DNA from: an uncultured Actinomycetes bacterium
Lineage (GTDB): Bacteria; Actinomycetota; Thermoleophilia; UBA2241
DNA length: 64,000 bases
Direction: 5' to 3'
NCBI GenBank assembly: GCA_963755025.1
Contig: CAVWIH010000014.1
Coordinates: 352,001 to 416,000, forward strand
Under the pieces are notes generated by a model, which saw nothing but the letters and a program-made list of their open reading frames with translations, was not told where the DNA came from and did not search any database. This document shows positions 10,403 to 21,718 of the stretch, one piece after another; position 1 is the first letter of the stretch; the number at the start of each line of letters is the position of its first letter. The translations under genes and the position numbers were made by a program.

Positions 10403-12218
10403 TTACCCGCGCCCGGAGCCTCTTCCGTGACCGCGGGAGTGCGACCGTCCGCGGCCGTAGCCCCCGTGCCCCCTGCCGCGAGCGCCGCCGCCGCGCCAGC
10501 GGTGAGCGCCGCCACGCGAGCCGCGCGAGGCGTGCGAGCGCTGGCCCCGACCGCCGCCGTGGCCGCGCCAGGCGCCGCCGTTGGCGGCGTCGCCGCGCGA
10601 GCGGGGGTGCGACTGCCCGGACGAACCGGAGTGCGAACGGGTGTCGCGCGCACCGGAGTGCGAACGGGTGTCGCGCGCACCGGAGTGCGACCGCGCATGC
10701 GAGCGCGCTGCGACACCTGCGCGCCTGTGGAAGCGCCCGTCGTGTTTGGCGTGGCGGTGCGACTGTGCGGCGTGACCGGTATGGCCGTTATGGCCGGCAC
10801 GGCTGAGACCGACCCCGACGGCCGTGCCGACGGCGCCCGCAGCGCCGGCGCCCGCCGAGTGCCCGGCGGTGCCCGGCCGGCCGTTGCTCGACGTCGTGCC
10901 GCCGCTGGTCGTGGACCCGGTGCTGCCGGTCGTGGATCCGGTGCTGCCGGTCGTCGATTCGGTACCGGAGGTCGGATGCGTGCCGCTGGAGCTTGCCGCG
11001 CCGTCGCCGCTTTGCGAGGCGCCGCTTGAGTGCACACTCGTCAGGTTGGCGGTGGCGATCAGCGGAGTGCTGGCCGCGACGGCGCTATGGGTCGACTGCG
11101 TCGTGTGCGCGGCGGCCCTGGGCGTGCGCTTGCGGGCGGCGTGCTGGACGACGGCGACCTTCGCCGAGTCGCGCGGTGCGAAGATGGCCGAAGAGGCGGG
11201 AGGCCGCGGCACGAACAGGATGATCTTCTGCAGCTCGCGATGGGAGCCGAACATGACGACCCCGACGAGGGCGGCGAGGCAGGCGGCTGCGACGACGTAG
11301 GCGGTCGCCTTGCTGCCGACCACCTTGCGGAACCTGATGAGCGCGCCGACGACGGCGCCCGTACCGCAGGCGACGCCGGCCGGTGCGATCGTTGCCGGAG
11401 CGACGGGCGCAGCCCACGTGCCGAACACGGGCACCTTTTTCAGGGCCTGCGGGAGCGGAGCTTCGCCGACGAACAGCGCGAGTCCGGCGGCCCCGAGGCC
11501 CCAGGCGGCGGTCGTCGTGCGGCAGGGCTCGCAGTAGCGGGCGTGGTCGTGCAGCCGGCGGGTGTCGTCGGCCGACAGGCCGCGACCGACCGACGTGGCG
11601 GCCTCTTGCTCGGCAAAACGGCAGGTCGCGACAGTCTGGTTGCCCGAGAGCGCCTCGAAGGCGCCGCGGAACCGTTCGCCGGCGCGAAAGAGCAGGGTCT
11701 TGGCGGCCTCCGCCGACACTCCCATCACGGCAGCCGTCTCGCCGTACGACAGACCGTGCACGTCGTTCAGCAGAAGGGCCGCGAGGTCGCGATCGTTCAG
11801 GCCCTCTGAGGCCTGGCGGAAGCGCCGCGCGAGATCGCTCTGCGGGTCGGCGCCGGTCGCGGCGTCGGGTTGGGGCGCAGCGGGCATGGCGGGGGAGCCG
11901 GGAAGCCGCGGCGAGGTGTTCGCGGCAGGTGTCGAACGCCACTCCGTAGACCCACGGTCGCAGGTCGATCGCGCCGCTGTGGAGCAGGATCTTGCGATAG
12001 GCGCGGACGAAGACCTCGTGGGTGATGGCTGCGGCGTCGCCGCGACCGCGCATGAGGCGCGCGACGAAGCCGTAGACGCCGGAACGGTACGTTTCGAAGA
12101 ACCTTCCGAAGGCTTCGCGTTCGCCGTTTCGCAGGTCGTCGACAGAGGCGTCGAACCCCGGGCCCACGACTGAGCCAAGACCGAGCGACTGCGTGGTCGG
12201 ATGGATCTGCTTGGTCAT
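10403..12218 (-). CDS. ECF sigma factor fused to a ZAS zinc finger, TM helix and low-complexity tail; apparent frameshift near 11900
   Basis: Region 2 (EVFVRAYR...LRPWVYGVAFDTCREH) is in the 12218 frame. Region 4 (GLSYGETAAVMGVSAEAAKTLLFRA), HARYCEPC, a TM segment and an S/T/G/H-rich tail are in the 12178 frame. Confidence 0.75.
10629..10690. repeat. 27-bp coding tandem repeat in the ECF tail
   Basis: GAGTGCGAACGGGTGTCGCGCGCACCG x2+ (RSHSGARDT); 21-bp repeats encoding TTGSTGS also occur near 10907-10960. Confidence 0.7.
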
Positions 12219-12434
12219 ACACCGTCTCTATCGGCAAAACGACCAAGGTAATGAGGGCTCGACGCGATTGTTTTTGGGAAACCTGGCGGCAAGCCCGGCT
12301 CACGCTCGCCGCACGCCTGCCGGCGGCGGCCCCGCTCCGGCTTTATGGGGCCGCCGCAAGCGGCAACGGTTACCGCCTGCGAGCGTCGCGGTACAAGCCC
12401 CAGCGGCTAGTCGGCGGCGCGGGAGGTCGAGGGG

Positions 12435-12809
12435 ATGTTCGGTTCGGCAGTGACGATCGGTCGCGCGACCGCGGTACACGGCAAGAAGGCCCTGGCGAGC
12501 GCCGACGAACGTCCTCGTACCTACGGCGCCGGCCGCGTCTGCGCCACGGAGGGCTGCGGGACGGTCCTGTCGAGCTATAACCCCAGCGCCGTCTGCTGCC
12601 TGCACAGCCAGGGCTGGACGGTGAAGCGCAGCTCGGTCGAACGCCGCATCCGCGAGCGCCCCGAGCTCGCCGGCACCTGCCAGAACGCACAATGCGGCAC
12701 CGAGTTCGTCACGACCAATCCGGCCAAGAAGTACTGCTCCGACCGCTGCCGCATGCAGGCCTTCCAGGCCCGCGTCGCGGCCGAGCGCAAAGGCTCAGTA
12801 GCCGCCTGA
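12435..12809 (+). CDS. Small Cys-rich zinc-finger protein (CGNR-like C-terminus)
   Basis: CATEGC...CCLH and CQNAQC...KYCSDRCR; GAGGGG RBS. Confidence 0.65.
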   Translation: MFGSAVTIGRATAVHGKKALASADERPRTYGAGRVCATEGCGTVLSSYNPSAVCCLHSQGWTVKRSSVERRIRERPELAGTCQNAQCGTEFVTTNPAKKYCSDRCRMQAFQARVAAERKGSVAA

Positions 12810-13220
12810 CTGCTCGCGGCCCGGGTAACTCTGGCCGTCGTGCCCGGCGAACGCGTTTTCGAGTGACAGCAGCACGGCGGCGTCGGCCGCCCTTACGAGC
12901 GCCGACAGCAGCTCGTTGGTGGTCTGGGTGCCCGCGGCGCCAAAACCGTGGCGCGCGATGATCACGCACTCCTCCTCGAGGAACTCGTGGACCGCCTGGT
13001 CGTCGGCGGCATACAGACTCGCGAGGCGCACGAGACGGGGGTCGTCGTCGGGGAGCGCTTCGACGGCGCGGGCGGCAACGTAGAGGGCCCTGGCCGACTC
13101 AAGGTTGCGCTCGTCGCCGGGCTCGTCGGCGGCGTTGGCGCCACGCCACTGCAGCCATCCGTACAGGCTCTGGACGAGCCAGTCACGGTAGGCCCGCACG
13201 CCACTGACCTCGGCCGCCAT
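12795..13220 (-). CDS. Hypothetical protein; paralog of 49795-50241
   Basis: Shares ALPDxDPRL, FLEEE, RHGFG, TQTTxELL and AADxAVL with the 50 kb ORF; GGGGGAG RBS. Confidence 0.7.
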   Translation of the reverse strand: MAAEVSGVRAYRDWLVQSLYGWLQWRGANAADEPGDERNLESARALYVAARAVEALPDDDPRLVRLASLYAADDQAVHEFLEEECVIIARHGFGAAGTQTTNELLSALVRAADAAVLLSLENAFAGHDGQSYPGREQSGGY

Positions 13221-13307
13221 CACTCCCCCCCGTCGTACGCGCTTCGACTGGGTGTTGCACGGGCGGGCGCCTACTATTCCCGTTGGGGTCGCGCGGCCCG
13301 GCCCCGG

Positions 13308-16300
13308 TCAGGCCAGGCGCAGCACGACCACCTGCAGGTCGTCGCGCAGCGTACCGGCGAACTCGAGGGCGCCGGTGCACACCGCGTCGGCGACCGCTTG
13401 CGCCGAGCGCCCGCGCAGGTCGCCGACGATGTCGACGAGGCGCTGCTCGCCAAGCAAGTCGCCGCCCCGGCGGGCCTCGGTGACGCCGTCTGTGTACAAC
13501 ACCAGGTAGTCGTCGCGGGTGAGCACCGCGTGCGCGTTCGTGTAAGGCCTCGCAAACGAGCCCAGCGGAGGGCCGAAGGTCACGTCGAGCGGGCGGCAGG
13601 CGGAGGCGCGCAGGTGGACGGGCGCGGGGTGACCGGCGCTCGCGTAGCTCAGGCGCCCGGTGTGCGGGTCGAGCACCGCGAGAAAGGCGGTCACGTGCGG
13701 TTCGTCGGGATCGAAGCGCAGGAGCAGCTCGTTGGTCTGCGCCAGCACGAAGGCGGGTGTCGGGTCGACCGCCGCCAGGGCGCGCACGGTGCTGCGCACC
13801 GTCTCGGTCATGCCCGCCGCCCGCACGCCCTTGCCGGCCACGTCGCCGATCAGCGCCACCACGTGGGCGTCGTCGACCACGAAGACGTCGCTGAAGTCGC
13901 CGCCCACCAGCACGGGCTCGTCGGCAGTCCGCGACACCACGCCGAGCTCGAGCCCGGCCACGTCGGGCAACTCGTGGATGAAGTTCTCCTGCAGGGTGGT
14001 GGCGATGCCCTCCTGCTCCTCGTAGAGCCGGGCGTTCTCGAGACCGAGCGCTATCTCGAACGCCACCGACTCGAGGAACGAGACCTCGTCCGGGTCGAAG
14101 CCGTGCGGTTCGGCCCACGCGAGCGCCAGGCAGCCGGTGACGGTGCCGCGCACGATGAGCGGCAGCGAGGCTCCCGACCGCTGACCGAGTGACAGCGTGA
14201 AGGCGCGTCCGTAGTCCGACAGCGAGGGGTCGGTCGCGACGTCGCGCACGAACGAGGGCGACCCGGCGCGATAGACCCTCGCACTCTCGCCGGGCCCGGC
14301 GAGGTCGATGGGCCCGGCGTGCTCCGCCAGGTACTGCTCCGATACGCCCGAGAGCGCCAACGCGACCAGGTGGCGACGCGACTGGTCGACGGCGAACAGA
14401 AAGGCGGTGCGCGGCTGCAGGGCGCGCACCAGCAGCTCGGCCTGACGCTGCGCCGTCTCGGTCCGGCCGAGCGTCGAGGCGCCCAGCTCGGCGAGCTCCT
14501 TGAGAAGCGACAACCGCTCGGCTCGCGCCGTGAGCTGATCTCGCTGCGCCGAGAGCTCGCGGTTCTGGCTGAAGACCTCGTCGCTCTGCGCCTTGAGCTC
14601 CTCGCCGGCGATCTGCAGGTCTTCGGTCTGCCTCTGCAGCTCGGCGGCGAGCTCCTCTACGCGCGCCTGCTCGGCGAGCTGCGCCTCGCGGGCGGCGTCG
14701 GCTCGGGCGAGGGCGACCGCGGCGGCCCGGCGCCGCTCGACCTGTTCGCTCAGGGCCCGGGCCAGCAGACCGGCGAGTATGCCGGCGGCCAGCCAGATCG
14801 CCGTCGAGATCATGGTCGTGGCGAGGGAGGACCTGGCGCCCTCTCCACCCACCGTCACGTAGAACACGCCGCCGGCGGCGACCGCCACGAGCCCGCCGAC
14901 AAGGGGACCTGCCAGAGCGCCCGCGACGATGGCGGTGAGCGCCGTCACCGACCCGGGCAATCCCAGAAAGTGCCGCGTGTCGTTGAGCTCGTCGAGTCCC
15001 GCGAGGATCGCGCTCTGCAGCGCGATGGCGACGACCAGGACGAACCAGCGGCGACCGTGCAGACGCCGCAGGAACCGCGTCGCGCGTTCGGGCCGCTCGA
15101 AGCGCGCGGCCTGGCTTTCGCGCTCGAGCAGGCGCCCGTGCTCGACGGCGGCGCCGGCTTGCGCGGCGATGGCCTCGACCACGGCGATCTCGCGCGCGCT
15201 GAAAGGCCGAGCCGCACCGGGCTCGTCGACCATGATGAGCCCCACGAGGCGATCGCGGTAGACGATCGGCACGGAGAGCACGAGCAGGAAGGCATGCTCG
15301 TCGACGTAGCGCTGCATCTCGCCGCGCAGCGCGGTCTGGGTGTAGTCGATGACCCGCGTCGTTCTGGCGGCGATCACCTCCCTGGCCGCCTCGGAGATCT
15401 CGTCGAGCGCGAACCGCCGTCGGGGAACGACAGTCGCGCCCCGCGACACCGCGACCTCGACCTCCTGTCGCTCCGCGTCCCACAACTCGATCAGCACTCG
15501 CGAGTGGTCTGTGGACCTCACCAGCAGGTCGCCGAGCTGCTCCAGCATGTGGTCGAGATCTGTCCACGAGGTCGCCGTGGCGGCGGTCTCGAGCAGGAGA
15601 GCCGAGGTCTCGAGCTCCCGGCGCGCCTCGCGTTGCGCCGCGACCTCGGCCTCGAACAGGCGGGCGTTCTCGACGGCGACCGCCGCCTGCGCGGCGATGC
15701 CCTCGACCAGCCTGATCTCGCGCCCGGTGAACGCGCAGCGCTCGCCGGGGTCGTCGACCACGAGCAGGCCGACCGTCTTCTCGCGGCGTACCAGCGGCAC
15801 GTGGAGGGCGAGGTGAGAGCGGTACGGCGCCGCGGCCCGGCCCCGCTCCGCCTGCGGCAGCGCGTCGAAGTCGGCCATCTGCGTGACGCGCTCGTGGATG
15901 GCTGTGCGCGCGGCCGACGACACACCGGCGATCGGCCAGCGCGCGCCCAGCGGCAGCGGCATCGCCCCCTCTGAAGCGGCTACCTCGATCTCGCCGCGCG
16001 GCTCGTCCCACAGGTCGACGATCACGCGCGAGTGCGGCGTGGCGTTCAGCAACGTGCGCGCCAGGCGGCGCACGATCTCGCCCAGGTCGGTCCACTCGGC
16101 GAGCGCTTCGGCCGCTTCGAGGAGCTGCGTAGTGGTCTGCAGCTCCTGCCGCGACCGCCCCTGCGCCTCGGTAGCCGCTTCGTAGAGACGCGCCTTCTCG
16201 AGACCCGTGCCGAGCTGGTCGGCCACGCTCTGATACAGCGCCACGTCGCCGGGATCGAACGGTCGAGCGCTCGCGAACGAGAAGCCCAGCGTGCCCACGA

Positions 16301-17556
16301 CGCTGCCGCCCGCTCTCATGGGCAGGATGATCCAGCCACTCCGCGCGGCGCCGGTGACCTGCCGCACCCTTGCGCCCGTCGCCCGGCGCTCACGGGCGTC
16401 GCCGTCGGGCGCGCCGGGCGCGTCGTGCGTCGCGACCACGCCGGTCAGGGCGACACGGCCGCTGATCGTGCTGTCGTCGAGCGGCACATCGCCATACTCC
16501 TGAAGGGCCTCGCTGTGGATGCCGCGGTTCGCCAGGCTGCGCAGCGTGCCGGCGGCCTCGTCGATCAGAAAGACGTTGCCCGTGGTGGCGCCGAGCAGGT
16601 CCTCGGCCGCCGCGAGCGACTGGTCGGCCAGCTCTTTGAAGTCGAGCGTGCCGGCCGCCGCGGCGGCGATCCGGTTGAGCAGCGTGGTGCGCGCCAGCAT
16701 CTGGTCGTGCGCCTCTTCCTTGCGCTTGCGCTCGGAGATGTCGCGCCAGAAGAGGCTGATGCCGGTCGAGGTCGGGTAGACGCGCGCCTCGATCCAGCCC
16801 TGCGTGGTGGGGTAGTCGGCGATCGACGGCCTGCCCAGCACCATCGCCGCGCGAAGGGCTTCGCCTTGCGGCTGTGTGGCGAGAGCCGGATCGAGGTCCC
16901 AGATGCACCGCCCGAGCATCGCTTCGCGGGACAGGCCGGCTTCGCTCAAGACGGCGGCGTTGACGTGCAGATAACGGTACTCCCAGTCGAGGGCGGCGAA
17001 GCCCTCGTCGATCTCGTCGAGCGTGGCGAGCGTGCGCGCGTCGCCGAACGGCCCGGCGTCGGGCGCGCCTTCGCTCGGGCCGGCGCCCGGGAGCGAGGGT
17101 GCGCAGCGCGCCACCGCCCGCGTCGTCATACGCACTTCGAGCCCGCCGTCGCGGCGCAGCTCGAGCGACTCCATGAGGGCGGCAGATGATGAACAGGCCG
17201 CGACCGTGGTCGAGAAGCGGGTCGGTGGGCGCCTGCGCGTCGAAGCCCTCGAGGTCGAACCCACCGCCGCGGTCCTTGACCACGGCCACGAGGCGGTCGG
17301 CGTCGAACTCCAGCGAGATCGCGACGGGCTCGGGCGAGCCGCTGTGGCGGATGGCGTTGGTGCAGGCCTCTTCGACGCAGAGCACGACCTCGTCGATCAC
17401 GCGGGGGGCCGCACAGTACTGGCGCAGGTAGTCGCGCAAGCGCTCGCGAGCCCGCAACAGATGAGCCGCCTCCGGGACGACGTCGAAATGCAGGCGCGGT
17501 GGCGCGGCCTGCGGCGTTACGCTGCTGCTCTGCGACAAGTGGCTCCCGCGTGGCAT
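13308..17556 (-). CDS. Multidomain SpoIIE/PP2C phosphatase (RsbW-like HATPase, PAS, several GAF, TM, GAF, PP2C); apparent frameshift near 17190
   Basis: N-terminal EEACTNAIRH...DRGGGF...GRGLF in the 17556 frame; VGGDF, IGDVAGKG, SAGHP, LYTDGVTE, DDL in the 17264 frame. Start uncertain. Confidence 0.8.
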
Positions 17557-17774
17557 CCGCTCGAAGGGCAGACGGTCATTCTACGGTCCCTGAACTGAGC
17601 ATCGACCGTTGGCAGGCGCGCCTCGCGACGCGCCGTCCGCGGCGCGCGGCGGTCGCTCGACCGCGGGAAGATGATCGGGACCGGGCGAACGCGGACAGGA
17701 TCGCTCGCGAGGCGACCGCGGGCAGGATCGCTCGGGGTCAGGGCGGCCCGGGCCGACGCTCGGGCGGCGCCCGG

Positions 17775-18146
17775 CTACTCGTCTGGGCGCTTCTCCGGTT
17801 CGACGTGCCCGCGACGTGCGTGGCGCGCCGCCGTCGGGGCGGAGGTCCAGACGCGCGAGCCGGGGCGTTTGAGCGGGTCGGAGGCGGCCGAGGGAGGCGT
17901 GACCGTGGCGTTCGCGCACAAGTCGCAGCGGCAGCCCTCGCGGTGGCGCCAGCCGCCGTCGATGGTGTGGTCGCCGTCGCGCAGCGCCGAACGCTTCACG
18001 GAGAGGACGCCCTGGTACCCTTCGGTCGCCGGCGGCTCCAGGCGCACAGCGCGAAACAACTCGCCGTCGACCCAGAGATAGCCGAGGGGATGCCAGGCGA
18101 ACTGCGGGGATCCGCGCACTTGCAAGAGGGTGAGGATCTGAGCCAT
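17775..18146 (-). CDS. Hypothetical protein with CxCxxC motif
   Basis: ATG with AGGAGG RBS; GCRCDLC. Confidence 0.5.
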   Translation of the reverse strand: MAQILTLLQVRGSPQFAWHPLGYLWVDGELFRAVRLEPPATEGYQGVLSVKRSALRDGDHTIDGGWRHREGCRCDLCANATVTPPSAASDPLKRPGSRVWTSAPTAARHARRGHVEPEKRPDE

Positions 18147-18445
18147 TGGAGCGCCTCCTGACCTTGCCAGAGCTGCCTCCCGGGCTCATGTGCGAAACAA
18201 GAGCGGGGATTCAGCCTACGCCCGTTGAGGGCACTGTCAAGTCGCACGGGCGTTCCGCCGGCCGACGTGAGACCCGGGCCGATGCAGGCGCTTCAGACGA
18301 CCATCGGTCCACCGCGACCCCGGCCCGGAAGAGTCGCGGACACGAGGGCGCGGGAACGTACGGTCTGGCGGAGCGCCCCGTACGGCGTCCGCTCCACTAT
18401 CCCGACCGTTTGCGTTGCACGGCTTCGGCAGTGTAGAGGTGTCCC

Positions 18446-19372
18446 ATGGTCTACCTTCTGGCGACGATCGCGGCGCTGGCCAACGCGCTCACCAGCATCC
18501 TGCAGCGCATGGGAGTGCAGGACGCCCCCGACAGCGACACGCTGCGCCTCAGCCTGCTGACACACGCCATCAGGCGCGGCGTGTGGCTCCTGGGGTTTGC
18601 CTTCATGGTCGGCTCGTTCCTCTGCCAGGCGGTGGCGCTCCACCTCGGCAATCTCAGCCAGGTCCAGCCCATCCTCACCACCGAGCTGCTGTTCCTGGTG
18701 GTCATCCTGGCCACCTGGTTTCGCTACCACATCGGCCGGCGCGGCTGGCTCGGCTGCCTGGCCGCGGCCGGCGGCCTGGCCGGGTTTCTGATCTTCGCCC
18801 AGCCGACCACCGAGAACCTGGTGCCGTCGACCCTGGGCTGGATCCTCACGGGCGGCGCCTGCCTGGGCGCGATGGGTCTCGCGGTGGCGCTCGCCCTGCG
18901 TGGTCCGCGCTGGTGGCGCGCCTTCATGTTCGGGGCGGCCAGCGCCGTCGGGTTCGCCCTCACCGCGGCGCTCGTCAAGACGGTGGGCGACTACGTGGCC
19001 GCGGGCTGGACGGAGCCGTTCGGCCACTGGGAGACCTACGCCTTCGCGGCGTGCGGTCTCACCGCGGTGTTCCTCGCGCAGAACGCCTTTCACGCGGGGC
19101 CGATCGCGGCCTCGCAAACGTCGCTGGTACTGGTCGATCCCCTGGTCAGCCTGATCATCGGCATCAGCCTCTACGGCGACGACCTGCGCACCTCGGGCGC
19201 CTACGGACCGCTCGAGGCGCTGTCGCTGCTCATCATGTTCGTGGGCGCCGCCGAGCTCGCCCGCTCGCCGCTCGTCGCGGGCATCAGGGAGCGCGACGGA
19301 CGCTACTCGGACTGGCTCGCCGAGCGCCGGCCCCCCAAGAGTGGCGAAACGACGCCCGGCGCCGACTCGTGA
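18446..19372 (+). CDS. DMT-superfamily integral membrane protein
   Basis: About 9 TM segments; ALHLGNLSQVQP, QNAFHAGP. Confidence 0.8.
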   Translation: MVYLLATIAALANALTSILQRMGVQDAPDSDTLRLSLLTHAIRRGVWLLGFAFMVGSFLCQAVALHLGNLSQVQPILTTELLFLVVILATWFRYHIGRRGWLGCLAAAGGLAGFLIFAQPTTENLVPSTLGWILTGGACLGAMGLAVALALRGPRWWRAFMFGAASAVGFALTAALVKTVGDYVAAGWTEPFGHWETYAFAACGLTAVFLAQNAFHAGPIAASQTSLVLVDPLVSLIIGISLYGDDLRTSGAYGPLEALSLLIMFVGAAELARSPLVAGIRERDGRYSDWLAERRPPKSGETTPGADS

Positions 19373-19445
19373 GCGCCGGCCGGCCCTGTCCCGAGCGAGT
19401 GCCGGGGCCGCTGCCGAGCCCCGCGACGGGCTCGTCCCCGGCCGG

Positions 19446-19899
19446 TCACGCCGCCAGCAGCTCGCTCAGCTCGTCGGCGGCCGTGCGATCCTGCCCGGCG
19501 GCCTTCGTGAAGGCTCGCGAGCTGGCGGCCAGCACGTCTTCGCAGCAACGCACGAAGTCGTCGTGATAGCGCGCCGCGGCGCGCTCGGCGGCGATGAGCT
19601 GCGTGACGACGGCCGGCCACGAAGTCGCCGGATTCCTGGTCGAGCGCCCCCAGGTAAGCGTCGCCGTCGAGCACGTGGATGGGCTCGAGGATCATCTCGT
19701 TCACCTCGCGGCGGACCGCCGTGAGCTTTGCGACGCGCCCGGCGTGGCCGCGGGCGAGCTCTTCGAACCTGGCGCGCCAGCGCTCGTCGGGCGCCTGGGC
19801 GGCGGCCGCCGCGGCGATCTCGGCGGCGGCCTCCTCGGCCTCGAGGGCAAAGCGAAAGGCCGAGCCGTAGGCGACGATCTCGGGGAACTGTCGCGACAC
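19446..19899 (-). CDS. Ferritin-like (rubrerythrin-type) helical protein; apparent frameshift near 19630
   Basis: FALEAEE...FEELARGH...EMILEPI, continuing in another frame as LIAAERAAARYH...DELSELLAA* (TGA at 19446). Confidence 0.55.
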
Positions 19900-19925
19900 G
19901 TCTGCTCCTCTCTCGCCGTCGCCCG

Positions 19926-21429
19926 CTACCAGCGGGTGATGACGACCTTGCTGTCGGTGAAGAACTGCACCGCGTCTCTGCCCTGGCCGTGGAGCGTGCC
20001 GAAGAACGAGTCCTTCTGGCCGCCGAACGGAAAGTACGCCATGGCCGCGGCGATGCCGAGGTTCACGCCGATGTTGCCGGCCTGCACCTCGTACCAGAAG
20101 CGGCGGGCATGGCGCCCGCTCGTCGTGTAGATACTGGCCGCGTTGCCGAAGGGCGACGCGTTCGTGACCGCGATAGCCTCGCCCAGGTCGCCGACGCGCA
20201 TGAGCGACGCCACCGGGCCGAAGATCTCCTCCTGGGCGTGGGTCATGTCCGGGGTGACGTCGTCGAGCACGGTTGGCCCGATGAAGTAGCCGCCCTCATG
20301 GCCCGGCACGACGACGTCGCGACCGTCGAGCAGCAGCGTGGCGCCCTGCTCGATCGCGGTGGCGATGTAGCGCCGCACGCGCTCGAGGCTTTGCGCCGAG
20401 ATGACCGGGCCCATGTTGACCGACTCGTCGAGGCCGGGTCCCACCTTGAGACGGCTCGCGGCCTCTACGAACTTCGCTTTAAGCTCGTCGTAGACGCCGC
20501 CCACGGCCATGAGGTTGGCGCCGGCCAGGCAGCGCTGCCCGGCGCAGCCGAAGTACGACGACATCAGGTTGCCTGCCGCGCCGCTCGACCTCGGCGTCGG
20601 GCATGACCGTCACGAAGTTCTTGGCGCCGGCCTGGCAGAGGGCGCGCTTGCCGGTCTCGCCGCAGCGCGCGTAGATGTTCCTGGCGACCGGGGTGGAGCC
20701 CACGAAGGTCACGCCCTTCACCAGCGGGCTGTCGAGGATGGCGTCGACCGCCTCCTTGTCGCCGTGCACCAGGTTGAGCACGCCGTCGGGCAGGTCGGCC
20801 TCTTGCAGGATCTCGAAGGTGCGCAGCGTGGTCAGCGGCGTGCGCTCCGACACCTTGACCACGAAGGTGTCGCCCGCCGCCAGCGCATAGGGCCAGAACC
20901 AGAACGGCACCATGCCGGGAAAGTTGAAGGGCGTCACGCAGGCAAAGACGCCCAGCGGCTGGCGCACGGCGGCCTCGTCTATGTTGCGCGCCGCGCCGTC
21001 TTCGAGGTTGTAGCCCATCATCAGGCTGGTGATGCCGGCCGCGGTCTCGACGTTCTCGATCGAGCGCAGGGTCTCGCCGCGCGCTTCGTCGATCGCCTTG
21101 CCGTTCTCCTGACTGGTGATGCGGGCGAGCTCCTCGTGATGGCCGTCGAGAAGCTCCTTGATCTTGAACAGGTAGCGCGACCGCACGAGCGGCGGGGTCG
21201 TGCGCCACTCCCAGAAGGCGTCGTGAGCCGCCTTGATGGCCCTGTCGGTCTCGGCTTTGGTGCTCATCGGCACCCTGGCGATCGTCGCGCCGGTGGCAGG
21301 GTCGATCACGTCGCCGTGACGCTCGGTCTCTGAGGCGACCCACTCGCCGTCGATGAAGTTGCGGATGGTCCCGTAGTCGCGCTTGTGCGGTTCGAGCAGG
21401 TGGTAGGTGCTCTCGGCTGTGTCGGTCAT
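19926..21429 (-). CDS. mmsA: CoA-acylating methylmalonate-semialdehyde dehydrogenase; apparent frameshift near 20575
   Basis: TPFNFPGM, FVGSTPVA, GAKNF, GQRCLA, EEIFGPV, FPFGGQKDSFFG. Confidence 0.85.
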
Positions 21430-21718
21430 GGTGCGGCACGTCCTCCTTGTCGGTCGCCCGGCCGGGTGGCGTTCAGCACTGCACCTGTTGTTTTGCCCAG
21501 CCACGCGGGCGCCGGCGCACAGACCGCCGATGGGGTGGCGGATCGGCCGGACCGGTCGGTCTCTCAGGGGTCTCACAAGAGATGCACAACAAGCCCCCAG
21601 CTGCACCGGCAATAACCCCTGCAAAGCCATGCAATCAGTGGGCTCATGGGCCGTGCGGCGATCGGGCGAGCGCTGGTCGAAAAACGCCGGCGCGGGCAGC
21701 GAGGCAACGGAGGAACTC

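Noticed and set aside
17685-17735. Short duplicated CGCGG(A/G)CAGGATCGCTCG; also 18-bp repeats at about 30532-30577
   Set aside because: Two to three short copies at gene ends, consistent with slippage, with no evidence of function.
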